Assembly: GCA_965644265.1 (NCBI GenBank) | Contig: OZ286471.1 | Coordinates: 76,136,001 to 76,199,866 of the forward strand | DNA length: 63,866 bases | DNA from: Glycera tridactyla | Lineage: Eukaryota | Direction: 5' to 3' | Part shown: in pieces, positions 37,397-49,575 of the stretch | Numbering within the stretch: position 1 is the first letter of the stretch | Layout: every line of letters starts with the position of its first letter | Made by a program: the position numbers and the translations under genes | Notes under the pieces: generated by a model | Database searches by the model: none | What the model was told of the DNA's origin: nothing | Seen by the model: the letters and a program-made list of their open reading frames with translations, nothing else

Positions 37397-38505
37397 CCCA
37401 GTGAACATGACCGAAATGGGCCATTTATGGGCCATTTGAGGATTCCCCATCTCGACTGATCAGGACCACTTCCGGCTAGCCAGATGACCCGAATGGTACC
37501 ATTTGGTTGCCTAAATGGTGACCATAATGTTTGCACACGGAGACCGAAATGGGCCATTTCGGTTAGCCATAACTGGTACTTAAATGGGCCCATTCTGGGC
37601 CATTTGTGGCAAGACATTTCATTGCCATATCCATCCCTGAAATGGACCAGCTTGGTCAGCCAAAACTTGGCCAGATGTGGGCCAGATGATATCCATTTAG
37701 CTTTCTTAATCCTAGCCATAGAAGACCCATTACCCACTCACCCTGTCATCATAGGTTTGTTTTTCAAAGCATATTCACAAATGAACACAAACAAAAATAT
37801 AGGGAGGTAATTTTTATTAAAGGACCTTACCATGGAACCTCCAGATACAGAACAATCTATGAATAAAGTAGTCAAAATTGCTTCAACCAAGCCCAGTATT
37901 AAGCAAAATCCCATAATGACTTTTGAGAACACATGTGTCAGGTATAGTGTCAGCAGAAAAGGCAAGGCATTGAAATGGTATGGAAATGGTTCTGATATGG
38001 CTTGCCATTTCGAACCACATGGTCAATACATCACCTATTATCACTCAGGTTTCAACACAAATTCCGCCAAGATGAGGCAACTGTGCATCACAATTTACTG
38101 TCAGTTATCACAAACATGATCATAATATCTAATTTCAGACAGATACAATTGGCTCCAATGTCTTTGATACCTACTGTTATGCCTGATGTGTCTTGAGAAC
38201 TTCTCTTCTGTTGTTGATACATCCTCATGCAATCCAGCAATGTAGACCCAACTGTTCCAAATGAATGTATGAGCATCATCATGTGCCATAGCCACTGAAC
38301 TAGTGTTTTCACTGGCAGTCAATAGATGGTGTCTCAGCTTGCAAAATGGCTCAGTTCAGGCTGACTTATGGCAAGCCATATCTGGCTTGGGAATGGCAGC
38401 CGGAAATGGGCCATTTGAGGCATTAAATGGCAAACCATAAGCCATTTCTGCCATATCTTGCCAGAATACAACCAGAAATGGTCCATTTCGGTCATGTTTA
38501 CTGGC
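37397..38505. mobile_element. CACTA/EnSpm-like non-autonomous element (CCCAG termini, TT flanks)
   Basis: About 29-bp TIR CCAGTGAACATGACCGAAATGGGCCATTT vs AAATGGTCCATTTCGGTCATGTTTACTGG (2 mismatches); repeated subterminal AAATGGGCCATTT palindromes. Confidence 0.7.
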
Positions 38506-39614
38506 TTAGTTCATTTGTATTCGGTATGTAGGGATATGTGTGTATGTACTGACAGCTACAGTCATACGTCGAGCGAGCATCTGTGGATTTAAATAATTTT
38601 CACCTTTTTTTTTAGACACAATGGAGCAGTCCCAACTGATCCCACCCACGTCTATGCAAAGGAGACTCAAAATAGTCCAGTATATATTGTTATTATCATA
38701 TAAAATAACCAAACACCAAACTACTTAAAAACCTTATTCACAAACATCGCATGTTCAGAGTTTGTGAGAGAGGTGCCTGGAGTAGACAAAACACCCAGCT
38801 TCCATCACTATGCAAACCGCAGATACCAGGCACACCAGTCCTAGGTTACTAGGACTGCGGTTAGGTTTGCCAGGTTGTGTGATGGCATTGTACTGCGAGT
38901 ATAGGGCATACCATGATTGTAAAGCTGGTTTGAAGCTGACAGTTCGTAAGTGAACTCATGGGTTGAGTATTCTCCAAACCTAATGCTCTTCATTGTTTCA
39001 AGTACAGCGCTTTGCAAGAAACAGCATATCTATCAGGCTTCGGTATCGGCTTCCAGTCAGTTACATAATCACATATACCATCCTCGGGTTCATTATATTC
39101 ATGCTAAGTAGTTACAGGTGTTTCTCAAATGCCACTTACTTCCAATTGACCAGCTTTCAGGTTCCCATCATCTTGTGTTCAAGGTTTGTGAGAGTGATGT
39201 CTGCAGTAGAGATAACATCTAGCTTTCATTGCCATATGGCATACATAATCCTATAGGCTGACGCGCCATTGACACAAGATCCATTGGTATTATACATGGC
39301 ATTGACTGTGTCCATCCAATCTATCACACAGAACCTGGTGTTGAGGTATGGAACTAATCTGGTCGTTCCATCTGATGGAAGCAAGGTGATGCTGCATCAA
39401 TATCGCCATTCAGCTCCCATTAGATATACACGCGCAAACTTGAACTCGAATTAATAACTCAACATACATGTATATTCATAATTGTCAGGAGCATTGACAC
39501 TGCGTCTGCCATCATCATCATCGTTGTGACCGTATCTGTCGTGGGCGTCGTGTTCTTCAATGTCATAGAAAGCTACCATCTGGCCTTGCACCGCGATAAA
39601 TTCGAACCTGCCTG

Positions 39615-39826
39615 AGAGAGTGCATGCCGACTGCGATATCAAAGGCCGGCCGACTACTCAGGAGCCTTTTCCTTTACGCAAGTTAAAGATCCACTGCTGT
39701 CTTTTGCAAAGAGTAGGGATGGTCCCCGGCAGGCAGTGACTCTTTTCTTCGGCACTTTCAGTTTTTTTCAGTCCGATATAACCCAAGCGGGTTTAAGTGA
39801 CGTTAAACTCAAACAAATAAACAAAC
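39615..39826 (+). mobile_element. SINE-like family A copy
   Basis: Close match by eye to 4890-5103. Confidence 0.75.
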
Positions 39827-42800
39827 TGCCTGAGAGACCACCTCCATAAAAAGACCACCTCCCAAACCCCAAGGCTATTACTACCTCTCTATGAAGATCA
39901 CCTATCGATGAGGACCACTCTTTAATGCGACTTAGAGTTCAGCATTTTCACGCAAAATCATATCTAATGCTGTTATTTGCTTCTCGATATACGTTGCCTT
40001 TAGATATATCATATTCATATTTTATTGTTCTACCGATTCACACATGAAGCTGCATACACGTGAACCACACTGCTATTTCACAGAGAGTGTGGGAAGATCG
40101 CCGGCAGGAGTGTTTCGATCTTCAAACAAAAAATTTCCTATGCATGGAGAAAACGAAAAAATATCCTGATGAAAAAAGTACGAAAAAACGTTTTAAATAC
40201 TCTCTTTTATTTCAACTATTTTCTGGATATGTTTTAGATCGGACCATATCTTGAGTCTCGATTGATCCTGCTAGTGTTTGCGTTTGTGTTTGACCCTACT
40301 CAATCAACCAATCAATAAATCATGGACATATCTACGAGGGAAATCTTAAGAACAGAAGTGCCCCCCCCCCCACTCCGGTCTGTAGCGTTGTCGGGACGCG
40401 TCCAGCACAGCAGTGATGGCCGTCACGCACGAGTGAGCACGGGTTATAAACTCTCGCCCTTTCTGCACCATCGCGCTCGATCGACCGTGACACTCACACA
40501 GTCTATATATAGCAAGTCTTGTGACTGTTATATAAGATCATACAAATTTCAAAATTATGAAATAGTCCGACATTTGTCAGATGACAGTCTTCATCAGAAT
40601 GAATGCGACCCGTGCGGATGAATGCCACAAAGACTAAACTCTGTCAAATCCAAATGTAGGGGGTACGTTTCAGACGCTAACTTCGTCAATATTCGTCTGA
40701 TTTGACTTTTAATGGCAAGATTTGATTGTACTGGTCTTCCGGCGATCATCGATACTGGTTTCGTGTATTCAGTGTGCTTTTGAAGAGGGCTACGCCATCA
40801 TTTTATCGCATTTTTTGTGACGAATCCGCTGGCTTTATCGTCTGCTCTTTCCTATGTGAAACAATGGAGATACGGCCGCCACATCTACCGCGAAACTAGC
40901 GTGAAATCGACATATTTGGCGTTCTGAGAAGAAATGAGCAAGGGATCTTCGCCGAGATTACATTTCTAGCCGTCGGACATGTACACCACGCCCGTCCTTA
41001 AGTTTCATTTCAATCGGAAGCGAATTCGCGATGCTGGGGCGAAAAACGTACCCGCCACGACATAGCTTAACAGACTATGAAGTTTAGCCTCATAGTTGAA
41101 AACCATGAGAATGATCTTGCCATATTCGATGACAAGTTTTCAATGATTTCTGCTTCATTTGCACCTTCTTGGTTTATATCAGACTGAATCCAGCAGAAGG
41201 AGTCTGGAAGGATCTCACTCAGGCCCACTGTATGAGCGTCACAATATAGCCTATATGGCGTCGACGTGACGTTAAATCAGAACTGACCATCATCATCAGG
41301 TCCCTTGTTCCTGGAGGAGAGGCCGGTGGGGCTTGTGGGATCAAGAACTGGCTTACAGCAAGGTTCTAACGACTCTACATGACCCAAACTGCACCTGAAG
41401 CCAACAGTATCACGATGGCGAGTCCCTGATCCGTGAATCGAGGTCAATCAATCGATTATTGATCCATTATAGTCCATGAGTTGCAGTTTGATGTAGATCC
41501 TGCGATCTTCCTAATTTCACAAGTGCTAACGTAGACTGTATAAGAGTGGAGTGGGAAGGTTGGACTGACAAATGCGAATCAATTAGGTGCAGACTGGTGT
41601 TCAACTGAGTACCAAGCTTCATACCATTGACCATGGTTTCTTCCCGGATGGGTGACCAAAATGGAGACAAACAGACAGGGAGACGGGGAACGGGCATGAC
41701 AGTGAGTACAACTACATAACATCGGGGTGACCCCCCCCCCCCCCCCCCTCCCCCCCGGCCACCGGACTAGGACGCGGCAGTAACGTCTTTGGAATAGCAA
41801 CAAGAACAACAACAACAACAACAACAAGAGGTTGAATGCTGACTCCGGCTCACGTGCGGATTGCGCTGAGATGGATTAGTCATACCTGAGCTGCGAGCTC
41901 GCGCTATATAATCAGTACAAGCTGCAGTGAGCGTCTCATTACTGCGGCAGTCACCAAGCAATACACACATACTGACAGGTGTCTGGACACTACTGACCGA
42001 CTGGCACANNNNNNNNNNNNNNNNNNNNNNNNNNNNNNNNNNNNNNNNNNNNNNNNNNNNNNNNNNNNNNNNNNNNNNNNNNNNNNNNNNNNNNNNNNNN
42101 NNNNNNNNNNNNNNNNNNNNNNNNNNNNNNNNNNNNNNNNNNNNNNNNNNNNNNNNNNNNNNNNNNNNNNNNNNNTCTCTGCCTCTCCTCCTCTCTCTCC
42201 CCTCTCCCCCTATCCCTCCCTCTCCCCCTCTCTCGCTCTCCTTCTCTCTGCCCCTTCCTACCCCTCGCTTTTCTCTCTTCACTCTCTCTTCACTATGCAC
42301 CCCCTAACCCCTCCCTCTCTCTGCTTCTCCCCATATCCTCCCCCTCCATTCATCTGGTTCGGTTGAGTGGAGGTGTTCGGATCCTACATGGATCAGTGAC
42401 TGCGTCCAAAATACTGGTGTATTGACTATACCGATCAGTGCGCGCGTGCAAACTAGAGTGAACCATGTAGATATAGTCAGATACTATTCCTCCGCGGTCA
42501 TCCCGCCTCTAGTCACAGTACCACTCGACTCTGATTCACAATGTGATGCCACTTGCTTCACGGATGCGCTGAATACGACGAGGATTTACGTGGGAGGGTT
42601 GAATACTGAGTGCCCAGGTTCTCCGTCACAAATCGCGAAGATCGGACCTGAATTGAACTAATGGTGGTGGTTGCGACGGTGGCGGAGGCGGCGGCGGTGG
42701 TGGTGTTGCTAGTGGTGGTGGCGATGAAGGCGGTGGCGGTGATGGTGGTGTTTGTCTGTGTGGGTGTTTGCCTGGTCAGGATTTAGTAAACATGCATCGA

Positions 42801-43595
42801 TCCAAACAAAGCCTTACGTATTCTTTGTGATCCCCATACTCCGAAATCTGGAAGTTCTGTGTTCTACAGATATCACTCACTCAAACCCTGATCACAAAAT
42901 AATGAGGAACCAGAAATGCTAATGTATCAGTTCGTATATTCTGACAGGGCTCAATTCGAGCATAAACGCCGGACCCTTGCGCGATGTGGACGGCCTAGTG
43001 GTGGGTGAACATTTGAGTATGGCTTCCTCTGGTTCTTGGTTGAGCAGGTGTCAGGGATATCACCGCGGGAATGTCAACAAGGCCATTCGATGCCTCATAA
43101 AGCATCTGTAGTCTGAATTCACTCCTCTTCTGTAGTGGTTCCATGTGGACCCCCCCCCCCCCCCCTCAGCAACCTGATCACTGTCCCTGGGGTTTTATCA
43201 TTGTTGCGCACAATAAATCTGGCAGCGCTGTACTGAGCTGCCTCACATTTCTTAATGTTCTTCTGAGTATGGGGATAACGATATCGAATTCTCATTGTGT
43301 TAGACGCTTATGTGCACATATTTACATATGGCCCAAAAGGATGATATTACGTGTTAGCACAAACGAATACTAAAACGGCAAACATATACAATGACAGTAT
43401 TTACAATTAATAGTTGACATCAAATCGTCATGAATAGTTAAAATTACGGCATCAACAGATATCTAGAGAAACAATATGTAATCATCAGTACAGATATGCA
43501 AAAATATTATACAAAGAAAACAAGATCCCATGCACATGCCCTATATTCTGCTATTGGTCTGACTGAGAAGGTTTAAAAGTGGTGAGTTTCATATA

Positions 43596-43772
43596 CAGTC
43601 AAACCTCCTCTAAATACCACCTCTCTATGAAGACCACCTCTCTATAAAGACCGCCTGAGCTGCGACCGTGGTAGTATTTTCAACAGTAAATGGCCTCTCT
43701 ATAAAGACCACCTGCCCATAAAGACCGCTTTTAGATGCGACCGAAGGCAGTCTTTATAGACAGGTTTCACTG
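43596..43772. mobile_element. Tc1/mariner/pogo-type MITE with TA TSD
   Basis: TA|CAGTCAAACCT...AGGTTTCACTG|TA; AAAGACCACC subrepeats. Confidence 0.85.
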
Positions 43773-43859
43773 TAGTAGCACTTCGTTGGGTTGAATCCAA
43801 GTTGCCATCTAATTTGCCAGTCTGTGAGAGCATCTAGGTCTGGCTGCAGTTTAGATTAG

Positions 43860-44206
43860 TCACTAAAAGAGTCTACAATTCGATAGAGCGGGCTGTCATC
43901 GGCAAATAATCCAGTGGCGGATTTCACTGATTGGGGCAGGTCATTGATGAATGATAAGAAGAGTAAAGGCCCTGAAACTATGCTCTGTGAGACTCCAGAC
44001 TCAAGACAAGCGGGAGAAGATGTTTGATCCTCGATAGTCACGTGTTGTGTTCTCTGGTTCGGGAATCCCTTGATCCACATCCATACATTACCCCTGATGC
44101 CATAATGGTGCCATTTTAGCATTAGTCTCCGGTGGGCAACAGAATCAACTGCCTTACTAAAATCAAGAATGATAAGGTCAATCTGTCGTTTGTTGTCTGA
44201 GGTCAA
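43860..44206 (-). mobile_element. LINE (CR1/L2-type) RT fragment
   Basis: ILDFSKAVDSVAH..YGIRG..SGVSQSIVSGPLLFLSFINDLP..FADDS. Confidence 0.85.
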
Positions 44207-44227
44207 TCATGGTGACAATTAGCCGTG

Positions 44228-44390
44228 TTTCGCGATACTGTTCGATCTCAGAACATCTGTTCGATCTCAGAATATCCACCAAAAACCTTCAGGGTAGGGA
44301 ACATTTCTAGGTTGGCTATTGTAAGTGTAGGACTGACCAATGGACTAATGATATTCTGAGATCGAACAGTATCGCAAAGGTTCCATTGTA
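44228..44390. mobile_element. MITE remnant with internal inverted repeat and one Tc1-like end
   Basis: GCGATACTGTTCGATCTCAGAA at about 44232 is inverted at about 44354-44375; the right end reads AGGTTCCATTG|TA. Confidence 0.5.
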
Positions 44391-46020
44391 TCCGCATATA
44401 TGTTTTGTCTTGTGAATTGTGCATTATTTGTGATGAATATATGTCTGATAGATATAGGGTTTGCAATTTGGACAACAAAATGCATTTGGCTTGAAATTGT
44501 TGGCGATTGTACTAGTAATTTACAGTTACGGACGTGTGAGGCGGCCATATTGGCAGCCATTTTGAACTTGAGCATGACGATAATCATAATCTAACTCAAG
44601 TCTGATGATTCCATCAGTTTCCTGGTCTCAAATGATATATTTGAACATTGCTTTTGTAATTGTTATTTTCATACTTGCAAGAATATGGCATTTTTTGTTT
44701 GCGTCAGTCATTTTGGACGCCATTTCGGATTTCATACCCGTAAAATGTTCAGGAAAAATGCCACCCTAATTTTTTTCAAAGCTCATGGTACCTGCTATCA
44801 AAATCAAATGAGTTTTTGCTTTTAACCAAAAAAAAAACAAACCCCTTTTTCTCGACATAGGCGCCTACACTATAAAGGATGGGTCCCACCAACAATCCTA
44901 TGACATTCCCCCAGATCACCTGACACCGAGTTCAGCTGTCGACTGGAAGGAGTTGACAGATCAAATGAGATATTTCGATTGCACATAACTGCTGAACTCT
45001 GGTCGAAATCGTTGAATTCAGATAGGTATAGAGATGTACCTGGAATGTCAGCCACTCCCAGTTGACGACCAGAGGTCGTTCTCCACCATCTTGTGTTTAG
45101 GGTTCGTAAAAGTGATGTCTGCAGGAAACAGAATGTACAGTAGGTTTTACGTCACCAGGAACACTCAGCAGCTCAAACCAAACAAAACAAACCAAACTGT
45201 CGTAATTTGTTCCTCAAGTACTATTTGGCGAATGGGACAGCGATATCTACTCTGTGGCGATATCATGCAGAGGCGTGGGGGGGGGGTGGAACGAGTCCCT
45301 AGCAACAACTGATTGTGATGTCATAGTGAGGGCCAGCAATGGCGACGATCAAAGGCTGTTTATCTCTTCCAAACACAATCATGTCTATGCTATAACGAAG
45401 TACGTCGTTCATTAATGGCCATTATTGCAAGCACATCACACGTCAATTCTTGTGAATACGACAGCGGCACGCAAACCAAAGTTAGGTGAATGGTACATCG
45501 CGTATACGATCCGCCCAAGAAGATATTGTCAGTTGATTGTTGCATCGACGCCGTGATCAGTATCTATGACGTCACAATGAAGCGCGTTACGATTGTATAG
45601 TATTATGACGTCATCATCGTCAACGTAGCGTCGTCGGATTTCTCCCCGAATGCGTCGCACTCCTGTGAGTTTCTTTTGGTTTTTGAAGTGTGTCTGGCAT
45701 ATTCTCTGATTCTGGCGGTGGTAGTGGTAGTGGTAGTGTGTCTGCATGTGCCATAAAGGTGGATTTGTGTCTGCATGTGCCATAAAGATAGCGATGGCAT
45801 CCACTTACTGTGTGAGCGTGATCCGAGAATGGTAAAACAGTATGAACTGTCGCGTTGCATTGGCGCTAGCCGTTGACCAGTTAGCCAGGGGCTAATATTT
45901 AGTTACCAGTTTTCAGCCAAACTGACATTGAGGAAGTGGACCGAAACTAGGTCCAAAGAAGACACGGATTTTATCACTTATATAGCTCATGCAGTCATGA
46001 TTAATCGCGGTTTTATTGTA

Positions 46021-46198
46021 CAGTCGAACCTGCTCTAAAGACCACCTCTCTATAGAGACCACCTCTCTATAAAGACCACCCTGAGCTGCGACCGTGGTAG
46101 TATTTTCAACAGTAAATGACCTCTCTGTAAAGACCACCTGCCCATAAAGACCGCTTTTTGATGCGACCGAAGGCGGTCTTTATAGACAGGTTCAACTG
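46021..46198. mobile_element. Tc1/mariner/pogo-type MITE with TA TSD
   Basis: TA|CAGTCGAACCTG...CAGGTTCAACTG|TA; close to the 43596-43772 copy. Confidence 0.88.
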
Positions 46199-46878
46199 TA
46201 TATCACAGGAGGGTCGAAACTCACACTACACAAATTCAAGTATGCAAAACTGAAAATCTAATCAGTGCTTTAGTCACACTTGCTACAAGAAATACAAGTA
46301 GCATTGTACCACTGCCTGGCATCCAACTCATATCTCTGACCATCAATCATTACAAGAATATTATTCAATAATAATATTAATAATAATAATATTTAATAAT
46401 AATAATATTTAATGATATTACCGTCCAGTGATGCATTTTCGGGCGCATCCTGCTTATTTCATGCACTCTACAAACTGAGAATGATTCATTTGTCAATTCA
46501 CTGATGAGTCCCTGAGATGCAAGAGGATCAGGAAGTTCCCATGCACTCTGTAAGTGTTCGTCTGTGCTGTTAAAACTAGTGAATATGTTCATGAACATGT
46601 TTTCCTGAATGAATTTGTTATATGTTATGAAATGCACTTCTGGTACCCTCTTATGCATTTCAAGACTCACCTGATGCATCACAGGACCCATTCTGGACAG
46701 TCAGTTGGGTTCCCTGAAATGCATCATTCTGGTGAAAATACATCACTGCTGTCGAAGCAATCAAACCAGGCACTGAAATTTTACTTGCGAACTTGGGAGG
46801 ACGGTCAGGCGGTCATCATGTAGGAGATCCCCGTAGTAGTCTTGTAGCTCAGTCTATTCTACTACTTCAATACGCAGT

Positions 46879-47538
46879 ATTTTTCCAAAATGGTTAGAAA
46901 CAGTCTTGGTATCAACCTTAGAATAAATCTGAGCATCAATCTATCTGGCTTGAAGCATCTGATATATGAATAAGATGAATAACAATGCAAACAAAATTCA
47001 ATTTATGATTGGCAATTTATTGTAATAAGTATGTCTCTGTAGCACACACAGGAACAACATTGTTCCGAAAACAGAAATACTCGTGCTCAAAGACACAACC
47101 ACTTGGTCAACCATGTTGACGAAACAAGCTTGAGTATCAAGCGATTTCAAGCCTAAGGCTTGTACCAAGGCTTGAAAGCCAACAAATCCCGAAGGCTTGT
47201 AAGTGAAAATACAACAAGCCCAAGGCTTGTACTGAGGCTTGAAAGCCGGTGTTGCCCGAAGGCTTGTGATCCCAATTTTTTCACGGATGCTACTACTTGG
47301 AAACCGTTTAAATAATTCAAAATAAACCCAGTCCCAATTTACGTGTAAATTTTTTGAAATTACTTCCAAGCATCCCAAAATTGGAAAAAATTGAGTTTAT
47401 CAGAAAAACTGATGACATACAAAAATATATATACAGAACTCAAAATTACAGGTCGTACATCAAATATCATATCAAGATGGCGGAAATGATTATCTTGAGT
47501 CGATGGAAATGGAGATGGAACTACTGCAGGCCGTTTGC
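46879..47538 (-). repeat. Split direct repeat B2 (660 bp)
   Basis: Matches 47911-48570 at offset 1032; minus-strand AATAAA at 47016-47021. Confidence 0.95.
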
Positions 47539-47592
47539 TGAACAAACCCCGAACACAAGAAAGAAGAGGTGGAGTCTTGGGGAAGGTGGTGG

Positions 47593-47914
47593 GCAATCTA
47601 ATCGAAAGTGAGACCGAGATACAGTCGACGCCACGTTATATACCCCACGGCAGCGCCCTCTACATAGTCAAAATCTGAAACAAAATTCTTTAAATGAAAC
47701 ATTTTGTAACAAACAATTACAAATACAAAAAGGTAGAAGGTTCGCTAATGGTACGTAAATTCTAAATTGTTTGAAGAAGGAATCCGAGAGAAAAACGAGA
47801 GAGGAGAACCACCCCCCTCCTCTCAAACATGATCACGTGATCTAACCAGTTCTCTCGGTCACGTGTTTCTGCTCCAATTTACGAAAAATTTATTTTTAAA
47901 TAAAAATATGATTT
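47593..47914 (-). repeat. Split direct repeat A2 (322 bp)
   Basis: Matches 53894-54215 at offset 6301. Confidence 0.95.
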
Positions 47915-48570
47915 TTCCAAAATGGTTAGAAACAGTCTTGGTATCAACCTTAGAATAAATCTGAGCATCAATCTATCTGGCTTGAAGCATCTGATATATG
48001 AATAAGATGAATAACAATGCAAACAAAATTCAATTTATGATTGGCAATTTATTGTAATAAGTATGTCTCTGTAGCACACACAGGAACAACATTGTTCCGA
48101 AAACAGAAATACTCGTGCTCAAAGACACAACCACTTGGTCAACCATGTTGACGAAACAAGCTTGAGTATCAAGCGATTTCAAGCCTAAGGCTTGTACCAA
48201 GGCTTGAAAGCCAACAAATCCCGAAGGCTTGTAAGTGAAAATACAACAAGCCCAAGGCTTGTACTGAGGCTTGAAAGCCGGTGTTGCCCGAAGGCTTGTG
48301 ATCCCAATTTTTTCACGGATGCTACTACTTGGAAACCGTTTAAATAATTCAAAATAAACCCAGTCCCAATTTACGTGTAAATTTTTTGAAATTACTTCCA
48401 AGCATCCCAAAATTGGAAAAAATTGAGTTTATCAGAAAAACTGATGACATACAAAAATATATATACAGAACTCAAAATTACAGGTCGTACATCAAATATC
48501 ATATCAAGATGGCGGAAATGATTATCTTGAGTCGATGGAAATGGAGATGGAACTACTGCAGGCCGTTTGC
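47911..48570 (-). repeat. Split direct repeat B1 (660 bp), overlapping the YR stop codon
   Basis: Direct copy of 46879-47538. Confidence 0.95.
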
Positions 48571-49575
48571 CCCATAGCTGCCTAAAGAGCCAGACGGCCC
48601 AGAAAGACATACAAAATGAGGACGGACATAGACTTTAAAGGCATTTGATGACCAGCGACCTTGAATTCTAATGTTTTCTTCAGAAAAACCTTCGGAAACC
48701 CAGTCTGTACAGCGACCAATTCTAAATGAATGGCTGGAGAACTTTTTGTTAACAGAAACAAATTGGCCAATCTTTTTGATCCAGAAGTTAACGTACTGGC
48801 TGGTAACAGGAGCGTTGTGAATCATAAATAAAGGACCATCTTGATGTCCCCGGAACATTAAATATCGTATCATGTGACGAACAGGGCATAGCTCGGATAC
48901 TTCAGAAGGTTTAACAACAAAACATTGAGGGTTTTTTGAAAATTTGAAAGATCTAATGGTGATCTTAAAGCAAACTGAACCATCGTTATCATGTGTTTCA
49001 GATAGGTCCTGTCTCAACAGAAAGTGATTAGTGAGTACATTGGTAAAAGCGTATTCAGAGATACGCAAACACAAAGTGTACGCCCAGATAAACATGGTTT
49101 TGAGAAGGATGCTCTCAAAGCCAGAGAGATCGATAAGATCAATGCGATGGACAAACAGCCATAATGTTTGTTTGTCAATAGGTACTCTTGAATCATTGGT
49201 TATGGGTAGCTTTTTGTTAAGACCACTTAACATTTTGTTGGATATGTATGATTTGCAATAATCATCAAAATTATTAATTTTTAGGAAATGAGAGATAGCT
49301 GAAAGTCTTGATCTGACGGATGAAGACTTAAAGCCTTTTGAGTGCAAATGAGCTATGTATAATGCAACTAGTTCGTGTGAAAATGGCATGCCTACCTCAT
49401 ATGAAAATTGACAGAAATCGTTCCACGCAAGATGATATGACTTCCATGTAGTGGGAGCATAAGACCGGTAAACAAGGAGGTCTACCAAGGACCACAAATG
49501 CGAGGATCGAGATGCCTGGCTATATGGATTGGATGGATCGCCAAACCCGCAGTTCTCAAGGTATCCTGTGAACAT
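48553..49575 (-). CDS. Tyrosine recombinase (phage-integrase family) of the Ngaro-type element, 340 aa
   Basis: LCLRISEY (R), HSFRIG (HxxR), GRWSSNAFKVY (catalytic Y); N-terminal T..SY..AW..F SAM-like region. Confidence 0.93.
   Translation of the reverse strand: MFTGYLENCGFGDPSNPYSQASRSSHLWSLVDLLVYRSYAPTTWKSYHLAWNDFCQFSYEVGMPFSHELVALYIAHLHSKGFKSSSVRSRLSAISHFLKINNFDDYCKSYISNKMLSGLNKKLPITNDSRVPIDKQTLWLFVHRIDLIDLSGFESILLKTMFIWAYTLCLRISEYAFTNVLTNHFLLRQDLSETHDNDGSVCFKITIRSFKFSKNPQCFVVKPSEVSELCPVRHMIRYLMFRGHQDGPLFMIHNAPVTSQYVNFWIKKIGQFVSVNKKFSSHSFRIGRCTDWVSEGFSEENIRIQGRWSSNAFKVYVRPHFVCLSGPSGSLGSYGANGLQ

Noticed and set aside
46501-46540. CTGATGAGTCCC as a hammerhead ribozyme
   Set aside because: The required stem II partner followed by GAAA is absent.
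46998-48410. Identical 126-aa ORFs in B1 and B2 as a fifth element gene
   Set aside because: They start at TTG, show no recognisable motif, and are identical simply because the repeat is.
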